This document shows positions 48,785 to 59,090 of a DNA stretch of 64,000 nucleotides, one piece after another. Both the position numbers and the translations under genes were made by a program. The notes beneath the pieces were generated by a model. It was not told the origin of the DNA and did not search any database. It saw only the letters and a list, made by a program, of their open reading frames with translations. Every line of letters begins with the position of its first letter. Positions within the stretch are counted from its first letter, which is position 1. The DNA is from an uncultured delta proteobacterium (GTDB lineage Bacteria > Desulfobacterota > Desulfobacteria > Desulfobacterales > SG8-13), in NCBI GenBank assembly GCA_963719015.1, contig CAVRBA010000024.1, forward strand, positions 8,791 through 72,790. Direction: 5' to 3'.

Positions 48785-50482
48785 TCAGCCCTTCAACAGC
48801 TCCCGGGCGTGATTTAAAGTTGCGGCCGTAATATCGACGCCGCCGAGCATGCGGGCGATTTCTTCGACGCGCTCTTTATCATCCAACGGATTGATAACCG
48901 TCAGGGTTCGACCGTTCACAACCTGCTTTGATATGCCCAGATGGTGATGGCCGAATTTGGCTATTTGGGGCAGGTGGGTGATGCAGAACACCTGGTGATG
49001 GCGAGCCAGCTCCAAGAGCTTATCGCCCACGACTTCTGCCGTCCCACCTCCGATTCCGGCATCGACTTCATCGAAGATGACAGTTTCAACCGTTTCGGTT
49101 TCTGCCAATATGGCTTTCAAGGCCAGTACAATTCGGGACAGTTCACCTCCGGATGCAATGGCGGCCAAGGGTTTGAGGTCCTCGCCGATATTCGGGGCGA
49201 TTTTGAAGGTTACACGATCGACGCCGGTTTCAATAATCTGCATACCGTCAATCTGCAGACAAGAAGCGGTCTGATCTTCGGCCGGAAAGCGGCGTATCGC
49301 CGCCTCAAATCTCGTCTGCGGCATGCTCAGGCTCGCCAACTCGGCTTCTACTTTTCCAGCCAACTCCCCGGCCGCTGCCTCCCGCTCTTTTGAGAGACGG
49401 GTTGACAGGTCAGAAAGTCGTTTGTGCAGTACTGACAGTCTTTCTTCTGCCTTGGCAATCTTATCATCGAGGTTTCCAAGCTCAGATAATTGCTGGGAAA
49501 TGTTGCCATGGTGTTTAAATACGCCAATCAGGGAGCCGCCGTATTTACGTTTGAGCTTGTTGATCAAATCCAGCCGCTCCTCCACCGCATCCAACCGGCT
49601 TTCATCCGTCTGGACCGTTTTAAGGTAAGACCTGAGATCTGCAACCAGATCCTCAAGGTGAAAGGATATCTCTGTCAGTGACTCGAATCGTGGCGTTAAG
49701 GCGGTATCTATTCGAGCGGCCTTGTCTATATTGTGACGCACAACGACCAATTGCTCGATAGCTGATCCCTGGCGGCTGTAAAGTTCTTCAATGGCCTGAT
49801 ACACCGACTGTGACAAAAACTCGCTGTTTTTGAGTCGGCTGCGCTCTTGCTCAAGCGCGATGTCCTCTTCTTTCTCTAACGTCGCCGCCTCGATTTCCTT
49901 TTTCTGAAACTGCAACAATTCGCATTGCTTCGCCTGGTGGTTTTTGAGCAATTTGAGCCTGTTCACTTGTTCCATCTGCGGCAGCACCCGACGATAACAG
50001 TCGACATGCGACTGGCGCAGAGGCAACAAACCCCCGAATTGATCGAGGATTAACAGGTGCTGTTCGTCTTTGAGAAGGCTCTGATGGGCGTGCTGCCCGG
50101 AAATACTGGCCAGATTTGCGGTGACGGTGCTAAGCAACTGCATTGTCGCCAGGCGGTTGCCGATATAGATTCTATTGCTTTCGCTGTGTGAAATGATCCG
50201 CCGGATCAACAAGGCCTCGTCGGTAGGGTAACCATGTTCGGCTAAGGTTAGGGCAGCCTTGCTGTCCGCTGGCAATTTAAACAGGGCTTCCAGCTCGGCG
50301 GCCTTGCAACCGGTCCGGATTAGCGTCGCTGACGCCCGACTGCCGAGAAGCAGGTTGACGGCGTTGATGAGAATCGATTTTCCGGCACCGGTTTCACCGC
50401 TCAAAATCGTGAGTCCAGATGAAAAGTGAATCCTCAGATCATCGATTATGGCGAAATTGCGGATGGAAAGTTCCAGGAGCAT
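48785..50482 (-). CDS. recN: DNA repair protein RecN
   Basis: 565 aa. MLLELSIRNFAIIDDL...GETGAGKSI N-terminus, long coiled coil, and a C-terminal SGGELSRI signature with FDEVDAGIGG. Confidence 0.93.
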   Translation of the reverse strand: MLLELSIRNFAIIDDLRIHFSSGLTILSGETGAGKSILINAVNLLLGSRASATLIRTGCKAAELEALFKLPADSKAALTLAEHGYPTDEALLIRRIISHSESNRIYIGNRLATMQLLSTVTANLASISGQHAHQSLLKDEQHLLILDQFGGLLPLRQSHVDCYRRVLPQMEQVNRLKLLKNHQAKQCELLQFQKKEIEAATLEKEEDIALEQERSRLKNSEFLSQSVYQAIEELYSRQGSAIEQLVVVRHNIDKAARIDTALTPRFESLTEISFHLEDLVADLRSYLKTVQTDESRLDAVEERLDLINKLKRKYGGSLIGVFKHHGNISQQLSELGNLDDKIAKAEERLSVLHKRLSDLSTRLSKEREAAAGELAGKVEAELASLSMPQTRFEAAIRRFPAEDQTASCLQIDGMQIIETGVDRVTFKIAPNIGEDLKPLAAIASGGELSRIVLALKAILAETETVETVIFDEVDAGIGGGTAEVVGDKLLELARHHQVFCITHLPQIAKFGHHHLGISKQVVNGRTLTVINPLDDKERVEEIARMLGGVDITAATLNHARELLKG

Positions 50483-50603
50483 GAGAGCGCCATTCTAAAT
50501 GCGTGGAGCCGTTTTCTTGATATTTGCGCCGCACCGGCGGTAATGGTAAGGCAATTTTATCGCACAAGCGTGATTTTTTGTAAAGATTGCGGCCAGACGC
50601 CGG

Positions 50604-50705
50604 TTATAGTGGTTGTTCAAATACATCCGTTATTCGAACGTTTTTTCTACAACCTCTTATATCATCCTTCCGCATTTCGGCGTTTATTATTGAAAATCGA
50701 TATCA
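50604..50705 (-). repeat. Structured intergenic repeat, copy 7 (most diverged)
   Basis: TTATAGTGGTTGTTCAAATACATCCGTTATTCGAACGTTTTTTCTACAACCTCTTATATCATCCTTCCGCATTTCGGCGTTTATTATTGAAAATCGATATCAA. Confidence 0.75.
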
Positions 50706-50764
50706 ATAGGCGCAAGGCCAAAAGACTCCCAATGTATGCGCATCAATATATCTATTGGTGACTA

Positions 50765-52327
50765 TTACTCCGGATACCCGGTTATTTCTCGAATGCGGCG
50801 ATAAAGGGGCTTAAGACGCCGATACAGTTTCTTGTAAACGTCGCGATACAATGAATCATACACGTGATGAGCGGCCATGTCCGGTTCAAAGACCTGTCCA
50901 ATCCGGACCATGGCTGCGACGGCCGAACTGCAATCCGGGTGAAATCCAAGACCCACAAAGGCCGTCAAAGCGGCCCCGAGACCGGAAGTTTCATAAGTGT
51001 GCGGCCTTGCGGTCGGCATGCCGAACACGTCGGCCGTGAGTTGCATGGCACTATTACTCCGGCTGCCACCACCGGAAACCCGCAAGCTGGTCATTGGAAT
51101 CTTGGTCCGCTTCTCGATCCGCTCCTTGCCCTGCCGCAGGGCATACGCCAGTCCCTCGAGGATGGACCGATAGAGATGAGCCCGCGTGTGCACATCGCCG
51201 AATCCGATGATTGCGCCTTTGGCCTCCGGGCCGGGTTGTTTCAGTCCCGGGGACCAGAAGGGTTGCAGCATGAGCCCCTGGGTTCCCGGAGGCACCTTTG
51301 CAACCAAGTCTTCGAACAGTGTTTCGATTTCTAAGCCTTTTTCGGCAGCCATTTGCTGTTCCGGAAAACCAAATTCTTCTTTGAACCAACTGACCATCCA
51401 AAATCCACGGTAAATTTGAATCTCCATGGTGTAATGGCCCGGAATAACCGACGGGTAGGCCGGTAGCAGGCGCACGGGTTCCATATATTTAGCGTTGGTC
51501 ACGTTGATAGTGGCGGTGGTGCCATAGCTGAGACAACCAACTTCCGGGGTTATTCCACCCGATCCGACCACTTCACAGGCCTTATCGGCTGCCGCAGCCA
51601 CGAGAGGCAGGCCGGCAGGCAACCCGGATTCCTTGGCCGCCTGCCGGCAAACATCACCCATTTGATTCCCCGGCGACACAAGTTCGGGAAGTTGATCGTG
51701 TTGAATCGGAAGCACCCGCCATTTCCAGTCACGGGCAGATGCCCATCGTAGCTTACGGTAATCGAACGGAATATAACCGACCTGACAACCGACGGAATCG
51801 ACAAATCTCCCGGTAAGCTTGTAGGTTAGATATCCAGAAAGCAGAAGATATTTGTCGGTGTTTTGCCATATATCTGGTTGGTGACTGGCTATCCAGTTGG
51901 CCTCGGCTTCGGTTTGCAGGTAAGCCATGGTCCGGCGCAGTCCGGTAAGCCGGAACAGAACGCCCCACCACCCGCCAACTGGCGGCAAGCCGTGGGTTTT
52001 GCGCTGATCAAGCCACACGATGGCCGGCCGCAACGGTAGGCCATTGTGGTCCAAATTAATTACAGTCCCACGTTGCGTTGTCAGCGTCAGACCGGCAAGA
52101 CGGTCACGTTCCACGCCGCCCGGTTGCATTAACTTCTGGCAAGCCTGACAAAAAGCCTGCCAGAAGACTTCAGGATCCTGCTCTGCCCAACCAGGGTAGC
52201 GAGCGTAATACGGCCGAATGGCAACAACATTCCTGGCCATTATCCGGCCCTGTTGATCGAAGGCCAGCGCCTTAACGCTCTGGGTTCCAATATCTACGGC
52301 CAGGATCAGGTCTTTGGTCTGCGTCAT
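50765..52327 (-). CDS. FGGY-family carbohydrate kinase
   Basis: 520 aa. [19 protein letters not shown]-terminal actin-fold motif and C-terminal GGGSRSN. Substrate not assignable. Confidence 0.85.
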   Translation of the reverse strand: MTQTKDLILAVDIGTQSVKALAFDQQGRIMARNVVAIRPYYARYPGWAEQDPEVFWQAFCQACQKLMQPGGVERDRLAGLTLTTQRGTVINLDHNGLPLRPAIVWLDQRKTHGLPPVGGWWGVLFRLTGLRRTMAYLQTEAEANWIASHQPDIWQNTDKYLLLSGYLTYKLTGRFVDSVGCQVGYIPFDYRKLRWASARDWKWRVLPIQHDQLPELVSPGNQMGDVCRQAAKESGLPAGLPLVAAAADKACEVVGSGGITPEVGCLSYGTTATINVTNAKYMEPVRLLPAYPSVIPGHYTMEIQIYRGFWMVSWFKEEFGFPEQQMAAEKGLEIETLFEDLVAKVPPGTQGLMLQPFWSPGLKQPGPEAKGAIIGFGDVHTRAHLYRSILEGLAYALRQGKERIEKRTKIPMTSLRVSGGGSRSNSAMQLTADVFGMPTARPHTYETSGLGAALTAFVGLGFHPDCSSAVAAMVRIGQVFEPDMAAHHVYDSLYRDVYKKLYRRLKPLYRRIREITGYPE

Positions 52328-52520
52328 CGCCTTGATTCTTACTGTGTCTAAAGGGGTACCCTACTGGGCATCTCATTTGGTAATCGGATGAGAATTGATT
52401 CTTAAATTGAAGGCGCAAATGCGGCACGCCACAATTGTCGGAAGGAAATGATAATTGCATAACCCATCGCCTGCACGCGTGTAAAGTAATATTCACGCAA
52501 AGTCATGTGGCCAAAAATGC

Positions 52521-52549
52521 TTTACAAAAACAGCGCTATGAACTATATT
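52521..52549 (+). promoter_or_regulatory. Strong sigma-70-like promoter (orphan; about 355 nt upstream of rdgB)
   Basis: TTTACA (52521-52526), 17 nt, TATATT (52544-52549). Confidence 0.45.
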
Positions 52550-52910
52550 TTTCTTTATAATTTAAAAAACTTAGGCTCGCTGCTGCATGGCAGACCAGGC
52601 TGAGGACATTTCACCATACCGACCGGTTTGCGGCATTCTGTGGAGCCAAATGACCGTGCAGTGGGCACTTGCCGCTTAACAGCTTGAAAACTGCCGAAAT
52701 CTGCGCTAAGCCTCTTAATCGTCATTCCAAAATCTTAGATCGCGACGAAGAAGGATGCGTAAGCCAACGCTAAAAAATAGCATACAGAGAAATATTTAGG
52801 CACAGGTGAGTCCCTGTGGACCTTGCCAGCGGCGGTCCGCAACGCAGAGAGCCAGTATTCGACAACGTTTTGATTATACTTCTTCTATGCTTAGCAAGCG
52901 AAGGAATGTT

Positions 52911-53570
52911 ATGGGTAACAGCGTTTCCATAGTTATCGCCACCCGTAATCCGGGGAAGACGGCGGAGATTCGTGACCTTTTGCAGGATTTTCCGATCCAG
53001 ATCAGAAATCTCGAAGATTTCGGCCCCATCCCCGAGGTGGAGGAAGACGGTAATACGTTCGAAGAAAACGCATATAAAAAGGCGAGTTTTACAGCCCGGA
53101 TCCTGGGACTGCCCGCGTTGGCGGATGATTCCGGCTTGGTCGTCGACGCTCTCAACGGTGCGCCCGGCGTCCTCTCGGCCCGCTATGGCGGAAAAGAAGC
53201 CACCGATGCCGACCGCTGCACCAAACTCCTGGCTGAACTGGCTGGACAAACAGATCGACGCGCAGCCTTTGAATGTGTTATCTCCATTGCAATGCCCACC
53301 GGCCCGGCTCTGACATACGATGCGCGCTGTGAAGGATTGATCACCGAACTGCCGGCCGGTCACAATGGCTTTGGCTATGATCCCGTGTTTTTCTATCCGC
53401 CTCTAGAAAAAACATTCGCCGAATTGAACCGGGATGAAAAAAGCCGGGTGAGCCATAGAGGTAAAGCCTTGGCAGAACTGAAGCTCGAGATGGATAAGGT
53501 CATGATTTGGATACAACGGCATATGCCAGTTCCGGAAAAATTCTGCCTCCGCGACCATCCGAGCACTTGA
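52911..53570 (+). CDS. rdgB: RdgB/HAM1 non-canonical purine NTP pyrophosphatase
   Basis: 219 aa from the internal ATG 52911 (AAGGAA SD). IVIATRNPGKTAEI, EEDGNTFEENA, FGYDPVF motifs. Confidence 0.9.
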   Translation: MGNSVSIVIATRNPGKTAEIRDLLQDFPIQIRNLEDFGPIPEVEEDGNTFEENAYKKASFTARILGLPALADDSGLVVDALNGAPGVLSARYGGKEATDADRCTKLLAELAGQTDRRAAFECVISIAMPTGPALTYDARCEGLITELPAGHNGFGYDPVFFYPPLEKTFAELNRDEKSRVSHRGKALAELKLEMDKVMIWIQRHMPVPEKFCLRDHPST

Positions 53571-53726
53571 TATTCTTCCGGTCCCGCTAAACGGATAAGT
53601 CAGTTGCGAAACATTCACTGAAACTTGCCGATGAACCCCGTTGACAAGTGGCATGAATTGGTCGAATGATATTAGCCAAGCACAAGGTATTATTGTCGAG
53701 ACTGAATTCTTGAGGGGAGTTGTCAA

Positions 53727-55697
53727 ATGTTGAAAAAGAGGGAAGGGATTGACGTCGTCGCTGAAATCGGCAGAATAACAAAACCAGAAGCCGCCCTACA
53801 GCTCTTCGAACGAAAGATGGCTGCCGAGCAACTGGACAGAATTCAACAGATCAAGCACACGGAAGCCAGGCTGAAAATAGCCAATGCCATCTCCATGTGC
53901 CGGCCGGATCGCGTATTCATCAACACTGGCTCGGAGTCTGACCGGCAGTTTATTCGCCGCATGTCCCTCGACAAGGGGGAAGAGGCCAAGTTGCCGATAG
54001 ATGGTCATACCATCCACTACGATTTGAAAGAAGAGCAAGGACGGATCATAGATCGTACATTTTATCTCACCAATCCGGATGATCTTGTTAGTTCGCTGGC
54101 CAACAAAATCGACCGGATAGAAGCCTTGGCAGACATCCGCGAAAAGATGTCCGGTATCATGACCGGAATGACGATGATTGTCGGCTGCTACCTTCGCGGC
54201 CCGGTGGGATCACCGGTGTCCAACCCTGCGCTCGAAATCACCAGTTCCGCCTATGTGGCCCACAGTGCTGAAATACTCTACCGCAATATCTTTGCACAAT
54301 TCGACGATCTGGTTGACCGTGTCGGTCATTACTATACCAATGTACACAGTGAAGGGTTGAACCGTCCGGAAGACCTGCCCAACGCCCGTGTCTATATGGA
54401 CCGCAGCCACCAAACCACTTACAGCATCAATTGCACTTATGCCGGGAACACCTTACTGCTGAAAAAAGGCAACCATCGCTTTTCCGTCGATCGGGCAATT
54501 TACGAAAATCGCGGCAATGAACTCTCCGAGCACATGTTCATCACGGGCATCGACGGTCCCGGTAACAGGATTACCTGGGTCACAGGAGCGGCGCCCAGCG
54601 GATGCGGCAAAACGACGACGGCAATGGCCGGCAACCACTTTGTCGGAGACGACCTGGCTCAAATGTGGATCGATGAAAACGGCAGCGTCCGTTCCGTCAA
54701 CCCGGAATGTGGCATCTTCGGGATCGTCGAGGACGTCAACTTGGATGGTGACCCCAAATTGATGAAATGCCTGCGTGAACCCGGAATTGAGGTTATCTGG
54801 TCTAATGTATTGATAGACGCGCAGGGTGTCCCCCAATGGACCGGCAATGGTGAAGACCCGACAGCGGGGGTCAATTTCCAAGGCCCCTGGAAAAAAGGCA
54901 TGCTTGACGGAAATGGTAAACCGGTGCCGGTATCGCACCCCAATGCCCGCTGTACGCTGTCGTCATCGGCCCTTGAAAACTACTCGCCATCGGCGGAGGA
55001 CCCTGCTGGTGTCGAAACCGGCGTGATCACTTACAGCGGCCGGGACAGTGACACCATGCCGCCGGTCTGGGTAGCCAAAAGTTCAGACCAAGGTGTGGTC
55101 ATTGGCGCGTGCATCGTTTCTGCCGCAACGGCCACTGAAGTCGGCGCCACCGGTGTCCGCCGCGCCCCGTGGGCGAACGCGCCGTTTATCCCAGGCTCCC
55201 TTGGAGACTATATGGACGCTCAGTTCAAATTTTTCGGCAGTCAGAAAATAGCCGTGAACCATCAACCCATCATGGCAGGCCTGAATTACTTCCTCACCCA
55301 GGAGGCCAGAGGTGGGAACTCAAAAAAACTTCTTGGCGAAAAACGCGATGTCAAGGTTTGGCTGTCCTGGCTGGAGAGGAGAACCCACCGGGAAGTGGAA
55401 GCAATAGACACACCCATTGGATACCTACCAAAGTACAACGACTTAAAATTGCTTTTTAAGGAAATCATCGACAAGGATTATTCGGAAGACCTCTATGTCA
55501 AGCAGTTTTCTCTGTATATCGACAACATTCTGGGACGGATCGAATTGCAGACCAACGCCTATAGCAAAGAGGAAAATATCCCCGAACGATTGTTCGGCAT
55601 TCTCAAAGAACAACAGCAAGGTCTCACGAATTTGAAAAAAAAGTATGGCGCTATCGTGGCGCCAGCCGATCTGATTAAAGAAAACACAGGCGTTTAA
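53727..55697 (+). CDS. pckG: Phosphoenolpyruvate carboxykinase (GTP)
   Basis: 656 aa. Kinase-1a loop APSGCGKTTTAM and overall GTP-PEPCK-like organisation (...NPECGIFGIV..., ...HPNARCT...). Confidence 0.85.
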   Translation: MLKKREGIDVVAEIGRITKPEAALQLFERKMAAEQLDRIQQIKHTEARLKIANAISMCRPDRVFINTGSESDRQFIRRMSLDKGEEAKLPIDGHTIHYDLKEEQGRIIDRTFYLTNPDDLVSSLANKIDRIEALADIREKMSGIMTGMTMIVGCYLRGPVGSPVSNPALEITSSAYVAHSAEILYRNIFAQFDDLVDRVGHYYTNVHSEGLNRPEDLPNARVYMDRSHQTTYSINCTYAGNTLLLKKGNHRFSVDRAIYENRGNELSEHMFITGIDGPGNRITWVTGAAPSGCGKTTTAMAGNHFVGDDLAQMWIDENGSVRSVNPECGIFGIVEDVNLDGDPKLMKCLREPGIEVIWSNVLIDAQGVPQWTGNGEDPTAGVNFQGPWKKGMLDGNGKPVPVSHPNARCTLSSSALENYSPSAEDPAGVETGVITYSGRDSDTMPPVWVAKSSDQGVVIGACIVSAATATEVGATGVRRAPWANAPFIPGSLGDYMDAQFKFFGSQKIAVNHQPIMAGLNYFLTQEARGGNSKKLLGEKRDVKVWLSWLERRTHREVEAIDTPIGYLPKYNDLKLLFKEIIDKDYSEDLYVKQFSLYIDNILGRIELQTNAYSKEENIPERLFGILKEQQQGLTNLKKKYGAIVAPADLIKENTGV

Positions 55698-55858
55698 CGG
55701 GCTGCTGCAAAACGTTAAAAACGCCGGCAGGGCATTGCAAATTTCTTCGAAAATGAGCGGTTTATATATAAAATGTGAGCACTTTGAGTCGAATTTTAGC
55801 GTCGGCCAGTCGTAATAACTTTTCAAAAACCTGATAGGGTGTTCGCCATCAATCGGAT

Positions 55859-57157
55859 ATGGGGGTCATGAAATTGCCGTCTTCGCGGGAAGAAAGCCGA
55901 TCGGCAACGACCGCCCGGCAATTAAATGACGAACGACCCGTGTTGGCGAAAGTCATATTCAGCAGGCGCATGCTTGTCGCGCTGGTGATGGGTTTTTCGT
56001 GTGGACTCCCCTTACTGCTCACGGTAAGCCTTTTACAGGCTTGGATGAAAGACGAAGGTGTAGACCTGGCCGTTATCGGGTTGATGTCACTCGTCGGACT
56101 TCCTTATACCCTAAAGTTCCTCTGGGCTCCCATAGTCGATCGCTTCACCCTGCCGTTTCTCGGACGCAGAAGAGGCTGGTTGCTTGTGGCTCAACTGGCA
56201 TTGATGGCTGCCATTATTGGCCTCGGCCTTAGCCGTCCGGCCGCGGACCCTTGGATGCTGGCAATTACCGCATTTCTGGTCACCTTCTTCAGTGCATCCC
56301 AGGACATTGTCGTAGACGCTTACCGTCGAGAAGATTTGTCCAACGCAGAACTTGGCCTCGGATCGTCCCTTTACATCAACGGTTATCGGGTAGGAATGCT
56401 GCTGGCCTCGGGTGGTGGTTTGATTTTGGCCGACCACCTGCCATTCTCTATGGTCTACCTGATCATGGCACTTTGCCTGCTGCCCGGCGTGCTGACCACG
56501 GTGCTCACGCCGGAGCCCGAAGTCGTTTCCGGAACTCCTGGAAACCTCAAAGAAGCGGCATTAATGCCTCTGGCCGAATACTTCAGCCGTCACGGTGCAT
56601 TATGGATACTCGCTTTTATACTTTTCTACAAGATCGGTGACTCGATGGCCACTACCATGACCACGCCTTTTTACCTGGATATCGGGTTTACAAAATCAGA
56701 GATCGGAACCGTCGTAAAGCTTTTTGGCTTCTGGGCCACTGTTACAGGCGGCTTGGCCGGAGGGGTGCTGATGATCCGCCTCGGCATCAATCGCAGCCTC
56801 TGGATCTTCGGATTCCTGCAAGCCGCGTCCACGGCTGGTTTTGCCATCCTGGCCCGGGTTGGCCATAGCCTGCCTTTACTGTCGGGGGTGGTGTCATTCG
56901 AAAATTTCAGCAGCGGAATGGGCACCGCGGCTTTCGTCGCATTCATGGCCAGTATTACCAACAAGAAGTTTACCGCTACACAGTATGCCTTGTTATCGAG
57001 CTTGATGGGGGTTCCCCGGGTTGTCGCGTCGGCGCCCACCGGCTACCTTGCCAAAATAATTGGCTGGCAGTCTTTTTTCATTTTTTGTGCGCTGATCGCT
57101 ATTCCCGGTATGATCTTGCTGCTGAAGATAACTCCCGATATGACCGAACGCGAATAG
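55859..57157 (+). CDS. ampG: AmpG-family muropeptide MFS permease
   Basis: 432 aa, about 12-14 TM helices. GLPYTLKFLWAPIVDR is a typical AmpG motif. The start could be the ATG at 55868. Confidence 0.85.
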   Translation: MGVMKLPSSREESRSATTARQLNDERPVLAKVIFSRRMLVALVMGFSCGLPLLLTVSLLQAWMKDEGVDLAVIGLMSLVGLPYTLKFLWAPIVDRFTLPFLGRRRGWLLVAQLALMAAIIGLGLSRPAADPWMLAITAFLVTFFSASQDIVVDAYRREDLSNAELGLGSSLYINGYRVGMLLASGGGLILADHLPFSMVYLIMALCLLPGVLTTVLTPEPEVVSGTPGNLKEAALMPLAEYFSRHGALWILAFILFYKIGDSMATTMTTPFYLDIGFTKSEIGTVVKLFGFWATVTGGLAGGVLMIRLGINRSLWIFGFLQAASTAGFAILARVGHSLPLLSGVVSFENFSSGMGTAAFVAFMASITNKKFTATQYALLSSLMGVPRVVASAPTGYLAKIIGWQSFFIFCALIAIPGMILLLKITPDMTERE

Positions 57158-57173
57158 TAGAGAGTAGAAAACG

Positions 57174-58913
57174 ATGAAGGACATCGGCGACAAACAGGTC
57201 CAGATCCGGATCGATAAATTGTTTCAGAAAAAAAAAGAACTTCTCTCCCTTCCGCCGGAAGAAGCCCTGGCACTCATTCTGAAAACCGAAGAGCCGGCCG
57301 CCCTGGTCCACTCGATTCCGGAACAGGATCTCTATTTCCTGGTTAACGACATCGGCCCTGAAGACGCCCTACCGCTGCTGGCACTCGCCTCAAGGCGGCA
57401 ATGGGAGTACTTTCTGGATCTCGACATCTGGCATCGGGACCGGATCGACCTGGCATCGACCACCCACTGGTTCAATTTGCTGTACCAGGCAAATGCCCGC
57501 CAAACCGTCAGATGGTTGGTAGAAGAAAAAAATGATCTTCTCGAACTTTTTCTCTCTAACAGCATCGAAGTGAAAATCCGGGAACATGACCAAGATCCGT
57601 CGGATTTCGGCCATGATTACACGTCACTGGATAACGTTTTCTATGTGCGGATAACCGGCCCTCTCGCTGCGCCGGAATCTGAGTTCGGGGACGTTGAAAA
57701 GGAAAACCTTCGGGAATTTCTATCGAAGCTGATGGAGAGCATTGCCGACCTTGACCACATTGCCTACCAAAAAATATTGCTGGAGACAATCAGCGTTCTT
57801 CCGGCAGAATGCGAAGAGGAAATCTATCGGCTCAGAAACGTGAGGCTGGCGGAGAAAGGTTTCCTGCCGTTCGAAGAAGCTGTGGGTGTCTACCAATCGC
57901 TCGAATTAGAGCAGATTCCCAATCGGGCCTCCGGGGACATTTCGCGCACACCAGCTGAAGCCAGTGCCCCCGTACCGCATTACCCGGCGGAACTGCTCGC
58001 GGACGGCACGCCGTTCGCCGCCGGTCTGGCCAGAATCGACAGTGAACCCTTATTGCAGCGTCTGCAAACCGAATTCGCCGGCTTGTGCAACCGTATTGCC
58101 GCCACGGATTTTACCAAGGTGAACAGTAAAGAAGTGCTCAGATCGATCGTCGAAAAAGCCAGCGGCTATCTATCGATTGGTCTCCGCACCCTCATCCAAG
58201 ACTCACGTGTCGACGACCAGGCGGACGGCAATCAGTATGCCACTCTCGTGCAGCGTCATATGCTGTCCGATATATTCAGGGTTGGTTACAGCCGAGCACT
58301 CAAGCTCAAATGGCGCGCTCAGCAATGGATGGATGACGCCTGGTTCGCCCACCAGGGACTTTCCCTGACTTTCTGGGACGAAGAACGGCTTGGCGTGCTT
58401 GGCGGTTTACTGATAAAGAAACCGATGTTTTTCGATAACTACCAATCGGGACGCATGTACCGGGAGTTCGGCAGAGTAGAGGACCTTCAGCAATCTGAGG
58501 CGGTGCTGAACGATATTATCGCCATTGACAACCTGCTTTCATTGCTGAATGTCAATCTGGGCACGCTTGTCGCCAGAAGATATCTGACCTTTAAAAATCT
58601 CTTCTTGACTCTTTGGGCGCTTGATCGGATCGGCAACGGCAGAGACATCCGGCTTCTGAAACTCACGGAATTCCAAGATTTTTTCGTGGACCTCTGGTAC
58701 TTTGACGAAGGATCTCGGCGCATAAAGACAGGAATGAAAAAATCTTTTCTAGATTGGCTTTGCGAACGGTCCGGGCTTAGCGACTTTGAAATCACCGACA
58801 GACTCGGCCACGTTCTGGAAGCCCTTTTCGCAGAGATCGAGGATGAATATGGCCGTGTGGATGTGGCCGAACTCGATCCGAGATTCATTTATTTGTTTCT
58901 GCTGGAGAATTGA
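57174..58913 (+). CDS. Conserved hypothetical protein (helical; family not recognised with confidence)
   Basis: 579 aa. Clean ORF 16 nt after ampG. No catalytic or binding motif recognised by eye. Confidence 0.6.
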   Translation: MKDIGDKQVQIRIDKLFQKKKELLSLPPEEALALILKTEEPAALVHSIPEQDLYFLVNDIGPEDALPLLALASRRQWEYFLDLDIWHRDRIDLASTTHWFNLLYQANARQTVRWLVEEKNDLLELFLSNSIEVKIREHDQDPSDFGHDYTSLDNVFYVRITGPLAAPESEFGDVEKENLREFLSKLMESIADLDHIAYQKILLETISVLPAECEEEIYRLRNVRLAEKGFLPFEEAVGVYQSLELEQIPNRASGDISRTPAEASAPVPHYPAELLADGTPFAAGLARIDSEPLLQRLQTEFAGLCNRIAATDFTKVNSKEVLRSIVEKASGYLSIGLRTLIQDSRVDDQADGNQYATLVQRHMLSDIFRVGYSRALKLKWRAQQWMDDAWFAHQGLSLTFWDEERLGVLGGLLIKKPMFFDNYQSGRMYREFGRVEDLQQSEAVLNDIIAIDNLLSLLNVNLGTLVARRYLTFKNLFLTLWALDRIGNGRDIRLLKLTEFQDFFVDLWYFDEGSRRIKTGMKKSFLDWLCERSGLSDFEITDRLGHVLEALFAEIEDEYGRVDVAELDPRFIYLFLLEN

Positions 58914-58914
58914 T

Positions 58915-59019
58915 TTATACCGCTTTTCAAAAATAAATTCCGCAATACGGAAGGGTGGTATCAGTGGTTATAGAATAAAACGTTCGCATAACGGAACGTT
59001 TTATTGACAACCACTATAA
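58915..59019 (+). repeat. Structured intergenic repeat, copy 8 (orientation A on + strand)
   Basis: TTATACCGCTTTTCAAAAATAAATTCCGCAATACGGAAGGGTGGTATCAGTGGTTATAGAATAAAACGTTCGCATAACGGAACGTTTTATTGACAACCACTATAA. It starts 1 nt after the TGA of the preceding gene. Confidence 0.9.
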
Positions 59020-59090
59020 CGCCTTTGGCCCTGTTCACTCTTTGGAAGTTCTGGCCAGGAATTTGACCGATTCGGCAGGGATCTCACATC

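Noticed and set aside
52438-52503. An SRP-RNA-like CGGAAGGAA word and a c-di-GMP-I-like CACGCAAAG word upstream of the FGGY kinase gene.
   Set aside because: The surrounding conserved segments (AGCAGCC of SRP domain IV; GGCAAACC and the paired helices of GEMM-I) are absent.
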